Assembly: GCA_963796275.1 (NCBI GenBank)
Contig: CAWCKY010000006.1
Span: forward strand, 128,001 to 192,000
DNA: 64,000 bases
Source of the DNA: an uncultured Acidobacteriota bacterium
GTDB lineage: Bacteria; Acidobacteriota; Blastocatellia; RBC074
Direction of reading: 5' to 3'
A program made the translations under genes and the position numbers. Positions 18,570-28,900 of the stretch are shown piece after piece. Positions within the stretch are counted from its first letter, which is position 1, and every line of letters begins with the position of its first letter. The notes under the pieces are model-generated. The model ran no database searches. It saw only the letters and a list, made by a program, of their open reading frames with translations, and had not been told where the DNA came from.

Positions 18570-21500
18570 GTGAGTAAATCGAAGACACACAATTCAGCAG
18601 ATGGCGTTGCCATCATCGGCTTGGCCGGACGGTTTCCCGGCGCCAGAAATATAAACGAGTTTTGGCAGAACCTGCGCGATGGGATGGAGACGATATCATT
18701 CTACTCCGACGAAGAGCTGAAGGCTTCGGGCGTGGATCCCGCGCTACTTGATGACCCTGGCTACGTCAAAGCGCACGGCGCCATCGATGGAATCGAGTGG
18801 TTCGATGCACCGTTCTTCGGCGTCAATCCGCGCGAAGCCGGGATCATGGATCCTCAACAACGCCTCTTCCAGGAGTGCGCCTGGGAGGCGCTTGAGGACG
18901 CGGGCTACAACCCTGAGAAATACGAAGGGTCGATCGCCGTCTATGCCGGCGTCGGTGTGCCCACATACGCAATGGTCAACGTTTTTTCAAACCCCGGCCT
19001 CAGACAATCCGTGGGCGCGCTACAGACTTCCATTCGCAATCGAACCGATCACCTGGCGACACAGGTCTCTTACAAACTCAATCTGAGGGGGCCGGGGGTC
19101 ACCGTTCAGACCGCCTGTTCTACTTCGCTGGTTGCTGTTCATCTCGCCTGCCAGAGCTTACTAGGCGGCGAATGCGATATCGCTATGGCCGGCGGCGTTA
19201 CCATCGCAATTCCCCAAAAAGCCGGGTATCTCTATCAAGAGGGAGGCATTCTTTCTCCCGATGGACACTGCCGAGCTTTTGATGCCAGGGCTCAGGGAAC
19301 GGTCCCGGGCAGCGGCGCCGGCGTCGTCGTCTTGAAGCGATTGGGAGATGCCCTGGCAGATGGCGATTGCATCCACGCCGTGATCAGAGGATCGGCGATC
19401 AACAACGACGGTTCTATGAAAGTCGGTTACACCGCACCGGGCGTGGACGGCCAGGCCCAGGTTATCGCTGAAGCTATGGCGGTGGCCGACGTTGAGCCTG
19501 AGACGATCTCCTATATCGAGACGCACGGAACGGGAACAAATCTGGGCGATCCGATCGAGATCGAAGCCCTGGCGCGCGCCTTTCGCGGCGACTCTGATAA
19601 AAAGGGATTCTGCGCTGTCGGTGCGGTCAAGAGCAATATCGGGCATTTAGACACGGCCGCCGGCGTGGCGGGGTTGATCAAGACTGTGCTCGCGCTCAGA
19701 CACAAACAGATTCCGCCCAGCCTCCATTACGATCAACCCAATCCGAGGATCGATTTCGAGAACAGCCCTTTCTACGTCAACACCAGGCTTTCCGAGTGGA
19801 AAAGGGGAGAGACGCCGCGCCGGGCCGGCGTCAGCTCTTTCGGGCTCGGCGGGACCAATGCCCACATCGTGCTTGAAGAGGCGCCCGACGAGCTTGATCT
19901 GTCCGGCGCGTCCGATGTCGTGGATTCAGGCGATGGTAGAGCCTGGCGGGCGCTGTTGCTTTCGGCCAGAACGAGCTCCGCGCTGGAGAATGCGACCGCA
20001 CAATTGGCCGAATATCTGCAGGGACACGCGGAAGCCAATCTCGCCGATATCGCTTACACGTTGCAGGTCGGCCGAAAGGCTTTCGGACGGCGTCGGGCAG
20101 TTATTTGCCGCAATGGCGACGCGGTTGTTTCGCTTGAGACATTAGACCCCAAGCGGGTTTACACCGGCGTTCAAGAAGCCAGGGAAAGACCGGTGGTCTT
20201 CATGTTCCCCGGGCAGGGCGCGCAATACGTGAATATGGGGTTGGACCTTTACCAGGTGGAGCCGGTTTTCCGTGAGCATGTCGCTCGATGCTGCGAACTG
20301 CTCAAGACTCATATTGGGTTTGATCTGCGTGATGTGCTTTATCCAAGTCAGGATCCGCTCAGCGATGATTGGCCAGGTCAGGATTGGCCGAGTCAGAATT
20401 GGCGCGGTCAGGATTGGATCGAGGAGGCTGCGGAGTTATTGAAGCAGACCTGGGTCACGCAGCCGGCGTTGTTCGTGATCGAGTACGCGCTGGCCCGGTT
20501 GTGGATGGAGTGGGGAGTGCACCCGCGGGCGATGATCGGCCACAGCGTCGGAGAATACGTGGCGGCCTGTCTATCGGGAGTTCTCTCGCTGAAGGACGCT
20601 CTGGCGCTGGTGGCTGCGCGAGGGCGATTGATGCAGAGCCTTCCCGAAGGCGCCATGCTCGTGGTTCCGCTTTCGGAGCCGGAGTTACTGCCGCTGCTCA
20701 CGCGACGGCTTTCACTGGCTGCGGTCAACGGCTCGGCGACGTGCGTGATCTCCGGTCCTACTGACGACGTAGTCGAATTGGAGCGGCGACTGACGGCACG
20801 GGGATTGGGTTGCCGCCGCCTGCATACCTCGCACGCGTTTCATTCGCAGATGATGGACCCCATCCTGGATCCATTTGCCGAAGAGGTGAAAAAGATCAAG
20901 CTGAGTCCGCCGAATATCCCATATCTGTCCAATGTCACCGGCTCATGGATCAGGGCTGATGAGGCGACCGACCCCAACTATTGGGCGAAACATCTGCGCC
21001 AGACTGTGCGATTCGCCGATGGATCGCGGGAATTGGTCAAGGATCAGGATTGGGTTCTGCTGGAGGTAGGCCCGGGTAAGACGTTGATGACGCTGGTCAG
21101 ATGGCATCCCGAAAGAGTTGCCGGGCAGATCGCGCTGACTTCGCTGCCGCAGCCGGCGCCGGCGGCGCAGGATGTGACCCAGCGAATCCATGGAAGTTTA
21201 CCGGAAGATTTGGTTGAAAATGTGGATTCCGCGTTCTTGCTGAAGACCCTGAGCCGGCTCTGGATTGCGGGCGCGGAGGTGGATTGGACCGCGTATTACT
21301 CCAACGAGCAACGACGCCGCGTCCCGCTTCCGACGTATCCATTCGAGCGTCAACGTTACTGGGTAGAACCGCAGACTCAGACATATGGGGGCGTTCACAC
21401 GCAAACGGCGTTGCTCAAGAAGCCGAACATCGCCGATTGGTTTTATGTACCCTCCTGGAGGAGGTCGGCGCCGCATTCGCCCGTTGAGGCTCTTGAATTG

Positions 21501-24500
21501 GCGGATCGGGAAGCGCCATGGCTGTTGTTCGTCGATGAATGTGGGCTGGGCAATCAAATGACGCGCCGTCTGGAGCAGATGGGCCAGGATGTTATTTGCG
21601 TGGCGATGGGAGAGGAGTTTGGCGAACGCGGCGATGGCGCATACATGATTAACCCGCGACAAGGCGCCGACTATCAAGCTCTGCTGCAATTGCTGCGAGC
21701 GCGGAAAAAGCTTCCGCAAAAGATAGTTCACCTGTGGGGCGTCGCGCAGGACGCGGAACCCGAGCAGGCGTTAAACAACGGCTTCCATAGCCTGCTGTTA
21801 CTGGCCCAGGCGATCGGCGCGGAGAAGATAACTGATCAACTCCAAATCGAAATCGTTACCAATAACATGCAAGAAGTTGTCGGCGGCGAGACCCTCTACC
21901 CGGAGAAGGCCGCCGCCATCGGCGCCTGCCGAGCCATTTCGCAGGAATACCAGAACATCGCCTGCCGGAGTATAGATATTGCCCTGCCAGGTTCGGCCCT
22001 GACAGATAGCGAGGGATTGCCGAAGGAGCGATTGGTTGACCAACTCATCTCGGAAGTCGCAGCCGGGCCGAAGCCATCTGAAAGTGTAATAGCCTACCGC
22101 GGCCATCATCGCTGGTCGCAGACCTTTGAACCTATGTCACTGCGTGGTTCGGCCGAGCGCTGGTTGCGGCTGCAGACGGGCGGCGCCTATCTCATTACCG
22201 GTGGGATGGGCGGGATCGGTCTCGAGCTGGCGGAACATCTGGCGCGCGCCGTGCGTGCCAAGCTGATCTTGACCGGACGTTCTGCTTTTCCAGAGAGAGA
22301 GACTTGGGATGAATGGCTGGCCGCGCACGATGAACAGGACGCGGTGAGCTATAAGATTCGGAAGCTCAGGTCTATCGAAAATCTTGGGGCGGAAGTATCG
22401 GTCCTCTGCGCAGATGTAACTGATAAAGAGCGGATGCGAGATGTGATCGAGCGTTTCGGCCCGATTCACGGCGTAATCCACTCAGCGGGCGTGGCCGGCG
22501 GCGGCATGATCCAGTTGAAGACGCCGGAGGCGGCGGCCGGCGTTCTGGCTCCCAAGGTACAAGGAACGCGCGTGCTCGAAGAGATATTAAAAGACCAGAA
22601 GATGGATTTCCTCGTGCTCTGTTCCTCGCGCAGCTCGATCCTAGGGGGATTTGGCCAGGCGGATTATTGCGCCGCCAACGCGTTTCTCGACGCATTCGCC
22701 CACTACCACAATGCCAGCAGCGATACCTTCACTGTCTCGATCAATTGGGCTGGCTGGCAGGAAGTAGGCATGCGCGCTGACACACTGGCCCAACTGGGAG
22801 TCAAGACGAATCAGCAACCATCCACAGTTATAGAGATCGGGCATCCGTTGCTGGAGAGATGTATAGAAGCTACGCCTGAACGCGCAACCTATTCCACCCA
22901 ATTCGGCGTCAGCACTCACTGGGTTTTGGATGACCATCGTATTATGCGCCAGCCAGTCATTCCCGGAACGACATATCTGGAGATGATTCGCGCCGCGTTG
23001 GAGAGGCACGCGGATGGCCGCACCCCGGAACTGCGCGATGTCTTTTTCCTCTCAGCCCTGCCCGTCAGAGAAGACGAGACCAGGGAGGTTCGGGCTGTCA
23101 TAGAAAAAAGCGGAGACAAGAATGAAGACGAATTCGAGTTCAGGGTCTTGAGCAAAATGCAGTCGGCCGGCGACGAAACCTGGCAGGAGTTCGTGATCGG
23201 CAAAGCCCGCTTGACAGAGCCGGAGCCGCCGAAGCGTCACGACATCAAAGCGCTCATCGAAAAGTGTAACATCAGGGAAGTCATTATCACGGACGACAAT
23301 CCAATCGTCACCTACGAAGACTTGGGTCCCAGGTGGCAAAGTCTCAAACAGGTCTTCATCGGCCACAACGAACTGGTCGCTGTGTTGGAGTTGCCAGAAG
23401 CCTTCGCGGCGGATGTCGAGACGTACAAACTGCATCCCGCCCTGCTGGACAAGGCCAATTTCACAGCTAAAGTCTTCCTGGCAGCCGAGGGGTTGCACCT
23501 GCCGATGTCATACCGGGGGCTGCGGATCAAACGGCCATTACCCAGCAAGATCTATGCGTACGCCAGATACAAACCGAACGGCGATCCATTGTTCGAAACG
23601 ATCACCTTCGACGTCATCCTGATGGATGAAGACGGACTGGAACTGGTGGAGATTGACGAGTTCAGTCAGAAACGGGTGAGAGAAGTCGCCGAGTCAATTA
23701 AAGCGATGGGCATTCAGGAAGCCCGCCGCAATGTTGCCAATCGTAACGGCGCGAACCGCTATAGTAGCGCGAATGGAGGGACCAGCAGTGATGGGCGCGA
23801 GATACTCAACGAAGGAATGTCGCTCCGCGAAGGGGTCGAAGCGTTCAGACGTATTCTGGCCTACAACACGTCGCCGCAGGTGATCGTCTCGCCCAATGAT
23901 TTAATGGCCGTAATCGAGCAGTCGCAGGCCGTGAGAGAAATGCGCCTGACGGAAGATCTGGGGAGTCTCGATGTAGCCCGGCCCAGGCATGCGCGGCCCG
24001 ATGTGCAAACCGCCTATGCCGCTCCGCGCAACGAACTGGAACAGACCCTGGCCGATATCTGGCAAGAGACGCTCGGGATCGAGCAAGTAGGCGTCCACGA
24101 CAACTTTTTCGAGCTGGGCGGTGATTCCGTGGTCGGCATTCAAATGACCGCCCGTTTCAAACGGGCGGGCTATCAGTTATCGCCGCTGCAGCTTTTCCAG
24201 AATCAGACCATCGCCGAGTTGGCTGTGGCTCTTGGCTCAACCCTGCCCGTAAAGATCGAGCAGGGAGTGGTCACAGGGCTGGTCCCATTGACGCCAAGCC
24301 AGCGATGGTTCTTTGAACAGAACTTGCCGGACCCGCAATATTTCAACCAGGCGTTGCTCTTGGATGTGCGGCAAGGTATAGACCCCATTTTGTTGAAGGC
24401 TGTCGTTCATAAGCTGCTGGAGCATCACGACGCGTTGCGCCTGCGCTTTGAACAAAATGAGTCTGGCTGGACACAGATCAACAATGGAACCGATGAGACG

Positions 24501-25808
24501 ATCCCGTTCATGCGGATTGATCTGTCACAAACGCCCGTGTCGAAGCGAGAATCGGCCATCAGGACCAAAGCCGCCGAATTGCAGGCTGGCCTGGATCTCA
24601 GCAGCGGCCCGCTTGTGCGATTCGCTCTCTTTGAGTTTGAAACTCTAGATTTCAATAAAAAGGAATTTGGAGCTCCGCCTTCAGGCGGTGAGTTTGTCGG
24701 GTCACAAAGACTGGCTGAAGCAGGAACTCCCAACCGGTTACTGATCGTCGCTCACAATCTGGTCATTGACAGCGTCTCGTGGGGGATTCTGCTGTCGGAT
24801 ATGGACACGGCGTATCAGCAACTTGCCCAAAGTGGCAGGGGCGAGCCATTTCTACTTCCGCCCAAAACCAGTTCGTTCAAGCAATGGGCCGAAAATTTGG
24901 CGAAGTATGCGCAATCGGATGCGCTGCGGCAAGAGGGCGACTACTGGCTGTTGGAATCGAGCAGGCGCGTCGATCCTCTGCCCATTGAGCGCTTTTCGGG
25001 CGCCAATACGGAGGCGTCTGCAAATGTCGTTTCGGTCTCGTTGGAGGTCGAAGAGACTCAAGCCTTGCTGCAAGAGGCGCCGCAGGCTTATCACGCCACG
25101 GTCAATGACCTGCTGCTGACTGCCGTCGCGCAGGCTTTCGCTCGGTGGACGGGAAATGGCTCGCTGCTGATCGAGCTGGAGGACCACAGTCGTGATGCCC
25201 TGGTCGGAGGCCTGGACCTTTCCCATACGGTGGGTTCGTTCAGTGCGGTCTATCCGATAGTACTCGAATTGGCGGATGGCGGCGATCCGATGGAAGCGTT
25301 GGGCGAATCGTTGAAGGCGATCAAAGAACAACTGCGCCGCGTTCCCGGGGGCGGCTTCGGCTACGGCCTGTTGCGCTATCTGAGCGGGAATGAAGAGATA
25401 GCGGAGAGGCTACGATCTTTACATCAGGCGGAGGTGAGATTCAGCTACCTGGGCCAGTTCGATCAGGTTTTGCAGGAATCTTCTCCGTTTATGCCGAGCC
25501 GCCGCACTATAGGCGCGCTCCGCAGCCCGCGAAGAGATCGCAGTCATTTGCTGGAGATCAACGGCGTCACCCAGCGAGGGCGGCTGCGACTGGATTGGAC
25601 TTACAGCGAAAATTTGCATCGCCGTGCGACGATCGAGCGTCTCGCTCAGGATTTCGTCGAAGCGTTGCGGCGATTGATCGCGCATTGCCAGAGCCCAGAA
25701 GTTGGTGGCTATACCCCATCCGATTTTCCGCTGGCCAATGTCAGCCAGAGACAGCTTGACGGCCTGATAGCCAGATTCAGTAAGACGCAGACTTCAGTTA
25801 AGCGCTGA
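18570..25808 (+). CDS. Hybrid PKS: KS(NRPS-accepting)-AT(malonyl)-KR with embedded DH-ACP/PCP-degenerate E domain plus COM tail
   Basis: GTG 18570 follows GGAGG. KS NRTDHLAT...VQTACSTSL (hybrid-type); AT GHSVG/HAFH; KR TGGMGGIG, QADYCAAN; DH DDHRIMRQPVIPG; carrier FFELGGDSV; E-like domain with HNLVIDS; tail GGYTPSDFPLA. Confidence 0.92.
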   Translation: MSKSKTHNSADGVAIIGLAGRFPGARNINEFWQNLRDGMETISFYSDEELKASGVDPALLDDPGYVKAHGAIDGIEWFDAPFFGVNPREAGIMDPQQRLFQECAWEALEDAGYNPEKYEGSIAVYAGVGVPTYAMVNVFSNPGLRQSVGALQTSIRNRTDHLATQVSYKLNLRGPGVTVQTACSTSLVAVHLACQSLLGGECDIAMAGGVTIAIPQKAGYLYQEGGILSPDGHCRAFDARAQGTVPGSGAGVVVLKRLGDALADGDCIHAVIRGSAINNDGSMKVGYTAPGVDGQAQVIAEAMAVADVEPETISYIETHGTGTNLGDPIEIEALARAFRGDSDKKGFCAVGAVKSNIGHLDTAAGVAGLIKTVLALRHKQIPPSLHYDQPNPRIDFENSPFYVNTRLSEWKRGETPRRAGVSSFGLGGTNAHIVLEEAPDELDLSGASDVVDSGDGRAWRALLLSARTSSALENATAQLAEYLQGHAEANLADIAYTLQVGRKAFGRRRAVICRNGDAVVSLETLDPKRVYTGVQEARERPVVFMFPGQGAQYVNMGLDLYQVEPVFREHVARCCELLKTHIGFDLRDVLYPSQDPLSDDWPGQDWPSQNWRGQDWIEEAAELLKQTWVTQPALFVIEYALARLWMEWGVHPRAMIGHSVGEYVAACLSGVLSLKDALALVAARGRLMQSLPEGAMLVVPLSEPELLPLLTRRLSLAAVNGSATCVISGPTDDVVELERRLTARGLGCRRLHTSHAFHSQMMDPILDPFAEEVKKIKLSPPNIPYLSNVTGSWIRADEATDPNYWAKHLRQTVRFADGSRELVKDQDWVLLEVGPGKTLMTLVRWHPERVAGQIALTSLPQPAPAAQDVTQRIHGSLPEDLVENVDSAFLLKTLSRLWIAGAEVDWTAYYSNEQRRRVPLPTYPFERQRYWVEPQTQTYGGVHTQTALLKKPNIADWFYVPSWRRSAPHSPVEALELADREAPWLLFVDECGLGNQMTRRLEQMGQDVICVAMGEEFGERGDGAYMINPRQGADYQALLQLLRARKKLPQKIVHLWGVAQDAEPEQALNNGFHSLLLLAQAIGAEKITDQLQIEIVTNNMQEVVGGETLYPEKAAAIGACRAISQEYQNIACRSIDIALPGSALTDSEGLPKERLVDQLISEVAAGPKPSESVIAYRGHHRWSQTFEPMSLRGSAERWLRLQTGGAYLITGGMGGIGLELAEHLARAVRAKLILTGRSAFPERETWDEWLAAHDEQDAVSYKIRKLRSIENLGAEVSVLCADVTDKERMRDVIERFGPIHGVIHSAGVAGGGMIQLKTPEAAAGVLAPKVQGTRVLEEILKDQKMDFLVLCSSRSSILGGFGQADYCAANAFLDAFAHYHNASSDTFTVSINWAGWQEVGMRADTLAQLGVKTNQQPSTVIEIGHPLLERCIEATPERATYSTQFGVSTHWVLDDHRIMRQPVIPGTTYLEMIRAALERHADGRTPELRDVFFLSALPVREDETREVRAVIEKSGDKNEDEFEFRVLSKMQSAGDETWQEFVIGKARLTEPEPPKRHDIKALIEKCNIREVIITDDNPIVTYEDLGPRWQSLKQVFIGHNELVAVLELPEAFAADVETYKLHPALLDKANFTAKVFLAAEGLHLPMSYRGLRIKRPLPSKIYAYARYKPNGDPLFETITFDVILMDEDGLELVEIDEFSQKRVREVAESIKAMGIQEARRNVANRNGANRYSSANGGTSSDGREILNEGMSLREGVEAFRRILAYNTSPQVIVSPNDLMAVIEQSQAVREMRLTEDLGSLDVARPRHARPDVQTAYAAPRNELEQTLADIWQETLGIEQVGVHDNFFELGGDSVVGIQMTARFKRAGYQLSPLQLFQNQTIAELAVALGSTLPVKIEQGVVTGLVPLTPSQRWFFEQNLPDPQYFNQALLLDVRQGIDPILLKAVVHKLLEHHDALRLRFEQNESGWTQINNGTDETIPFMRIDLSQTPVSKRESAIRTKAAELQAGLDLSSGPLVRFALFEFETLDFNKKEFGAPPSGGEFVGSQRLAEAGTPNRLLIVAHNLVIDSVSWGILLSDMDTAYQQLAQSGRGEPFLLPPKTSSFKQWAENLAKYAQSDALRQEGDYWLLESSRRVDPLPIERFSGANTEASANVVSVSLEVEETQALLQEAPQAYHATVNDLLLTAVAQAFARWTGNGSLLIELEDHSRDALVGGLDLSHTVGSFSAVYPIVLELADGGDPMEALGESLKAIKEQLRRVPGGGFGYGLLRYLSGNEEIAERLRSLHQAEVRFSYLGQFDQVLQESSPFMPSRRTIGALRSPRRDRSHLLEINGVTQRGRLRLDWTYSENLHRRATIERLAQDFVEALRRLIAHCQSPEVGGYTPSDFPLANVSQRQLDGLIARFSKTQTSVKR
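20367..20417 (+). repeat. 15-bp tandem repeat (3.4 units) in frame in the AT domain, encoding DWPGQ-DWPSQ-NWRGQ-DW
   Basis: gattggccaggtcag gattggccgagtcag aattggcgcggtcag gattgg. Confidence 0.9.
24666..24733. repeat. REP-like palindromic doublet inserted in frame in the degenerate E domain
   Basis: tttggagctccgccttcaggcgg ... ctggctgaagcaggaactcccaa (imperfect inverted pair). It encodes FGAPPSGGEFVGSQRLAEAGTPN, which is absent from the two other E domains. Confidence 0.78.
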
Positions 25809-25835
25809 CGGAAAAGTTTCGAGGCGCAATTGTCT

Positions 25836-25947
25836 TTCATTTTACATTTATCATTTTACATATGTCATTTGTCGTTGATTGCATCATTCAGGGGCGAATG
25901 AATGACGAATGACAAAATTACGAATGACAAATGGAAAATGAAAAATA
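25836..25947. repeat. Intergenic AT-rich heptamer hairpin (TCATTTT/TCATTTG ... AATGACG/AATGACA)
   Basis: ttcattttacatttatcattttacatatgtcatttgtcg ... gaatgacgaatgacaaaattacgaatgacaaatggaaaatgaaaaata. Confidence 0.82.
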
Positions 25948-25980
25948 CCGAACAATTTTTGCCTGACCGCTTAGGTGAGT

Positions 25981-28900
25981 ATGGAAATTCAAGATTTGTA
26001 TCCTCTGTCTCCGTTGCAACAGGGGATGCTCTTTCATGATCTCTACGCCCCGGAGTCTGGGATGTATGTCGAACGTCTCAGGTACACGATCCGGGGAGAC
26101 CTGAACGTGGCGGCGTTCGAGCAGGCCTGGCGACAAGTGGTGGAGCGTCACCCGGTCTTGCGTTCGGCTTTCATTTGGGAAGAAGTGGATGAGCCGCTGC
26201 AGGCCGTATTCCGCGAAGTAGAGACCCCCCTGGAATTCCAGGATTGGCGCGGTGCGCCTGTCGCCGAGCAGGAAGAGCGGTTGCAGGCTCATCTTGCTGG
26301 GATATTGCAGAGAGGATTCAAACTCTCCCGGCCGCCGCTTCAGATGTTGACTCTGATCCAAATGTCGGACCGGATCAGCGAGTTTATCTGGAGCTATCAC
26401 CACCTGCTGCTTGATGGGTGGTCGGTCTCCTTGATTCTGGGCGAGATCATCACGCTCTACGAAGCCTTCTGCCAGAGACAGAATGCGCAATTGGAAAAGA
26501 TCCGCCCCTATCGCGACTACATCGCCTGGCTGAAGCGCCAGGATCAAGCCGAAGCCGAGGCCTTCTGGCGCAAAGCGTTGAAGGGGTTTACCCCTCCAGC
26601 TGCTATCTCGATGAACGGAGCGCACGACGACCTGACTGGACGGCAAGAGGACTACGAATCGCTGCAGATGCGCCTTTCAATAGAGACGGGTGAAAGATTG
26701 GATGCTTTCGCCCGCCGGCATCGTTTGACAGTGAATACCGTGGTGCAGGGGGGCTGGGCGTTGCTGCTGAGCTGCTATAGCGGGGAGCAGGACGTGGTCT
26801 TTGGAGAGGTTGTCTCCGGCCGCCCGCCTGATTTGGCTGGGTCGGAGTCGATGGTGGGCATGTTCATCAATACCTTGCCAGTGCGGACGCAGGTATCCCC
26901 TGAAACTTCGGTGTTGTCCTGGCTGGAGCGACTCCAGGCGCGGCAAATCGAGGCGCGCCGGTACGAATACAACCCGTTGGTCAAAGTGAGGGAGTGGAGT
27001 GAAGCGCCGCGCGGGCTGCCATTGTTTGAGAGCATCGTCGTCTTTGAAAACCCGACAATGGGCGTCCGGTTAGGCCGTCAGGAAGGAAGCCCGGAGATCA
27101 GCTATTCGACCCATTACGCCACTATCACAGGCTATCCGCTCACCGTGGTGATCGAGCCAGGCCCCGAGGGTGTGTTGGTGGTATTTACCTATGATCGCCG
27201 TCGCTTCAAGTCCGACGTGATACAGCGAATGCAGATGCGTTTCCAAACCTTGTTAGATGGCGTCCTGGCCGATCCCGAACGACGCCTCTCGGATTTGCCG
27301 CTGTTGACGAAGGCCGAAGAGCGGCAGCTTGTTCGAGAGTGGAATCGCGCTCAGGCTGAGCATTCGACAGAGGCATGCTTTCATCAGTTGTTTGAGGCGC
27401 AGACCGAGCGCACGCCCGATGCGGTGGCCGTCGTTTTTGAAGATAACCAACTGGATTATCAGGAGCTGAATAAACGTGCGAATGAGTTGGCGCATCATTT
27501 GCGCAACCTAGGCGTGGGGCCGGAGGTGTTGGTGGGCGTCTGTCTGGAGCCTTCCATCGAAATGATGGTGGGCTTGTTGGGCACACTTAAAGCAGGTGGC
27601 GCTTATGTGCCGTTGGATCCGAGCTATCCGGAAGAGCGTCTGGCTTTTATGCTGGAAGATGCCGACGTGGCGGTTTTGCTCACGCAACAAAAATTGGCGG
27701 AGCGACTGCCCAAGCGTCAGGCCCAAGTCGTTTGCCTCGATGCCGACTGTGAGAGCATCGCTAAACGGAGTGGAAGGAATCCGGCCAACCAATCGGGACC
27801 AGATAATCTGGCTTATGTGATTTATACCTCTGGGTCCACGGGCAAGCCTAAAGGAACATTGATCACGCATCGCGGATTGACCAATTACTTACACTGGTGT
27901 CTTTCTGCTTACCCGTTGCAGGAAGGTCGCGGTTCGCTGGTTAACTCCACCATTGCCTTTGACGCCACCATCACCGCGATCTTCAGCCCATTATTGGCCG
28001 GACGTACCGTCAGATTGCTTCCTGACATTATCGACGTCGAAGCGCTGGGGACCGCGCTGGGCCAGGAAGGAAATTACAGTCTGATCAAAATTACTCCGGC
28101 GCACCTGGAAATTCTCAGCCACCAATTGTCGCCGGAAAAAGCTGGCGCACTTGCCAGGTCATTCATCATCGGAGGAGAAAACCTGGTGGCGGATCGAGTC
28201 GCCTTTTGGCAAGAACATGCGCCCGATACGCTTTTATTTAACGAATATGGTCCTACCGAGACCGTGGTGGGCTGCGCGGTCTTCGAGGCGCGCCAATGGC
28301 GGGGAAGAGGCTCGGTGCCCATCGGCCGGCCAATTCACAACACGCAGGTTTATGTTCTGGATGGTCACCGACGGCCGGTTCCGATCGGGGTGGCAGGTGA
28401 ATTATTCATCGGCGGCGTTGGTGTGGCGCGCGGCTATTTGAATCTGCCCGGGCTGACCGCCGAAAAGTTCGTCCCCGATCCATTTTCTGATGAGCCGAAG
28501 GCCCGACTGTATCGGACTGGAGATATGGTGCGTTATCACGCTGACGGGAATATGGAATTCCTGGGACGCGCTGATGAACAAGTCAAGATTCGAGGTTACC
28601 GTATCGAGTTGGGAGAGATCGAATCGGTGCTGAACCAGCACCCCGCGGTGTGTGAGAGCGCGGTCATCGCTCAAGATGACAAACGCGGTAATAAGCGTCT
28701 GGTAGCTTACCTCGTCACCGATCCCGCGGCCTCGCTTTCCGAGCTTTCAAGCAAAGAGTTGCGCGGATTCATCAAGACGAAGCTGCCAGACTATATGGTG
28801 CCTTCGGCCTTTGCATTGCTGGATGCTTTGCCCCTGACGCCGAACGGTAAAGTTGATCGCCGGGCGCTGCCCTCGTTGCATGAATCACGGTCTGATTCGC

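Noticed and set aside
14232-25947. CRISPR array in the intergenic repeats
   Set aside because: The units are 7-bp tandem and inverted, with no 25-45-bp repeats separated by unique spacers and no cas genes.
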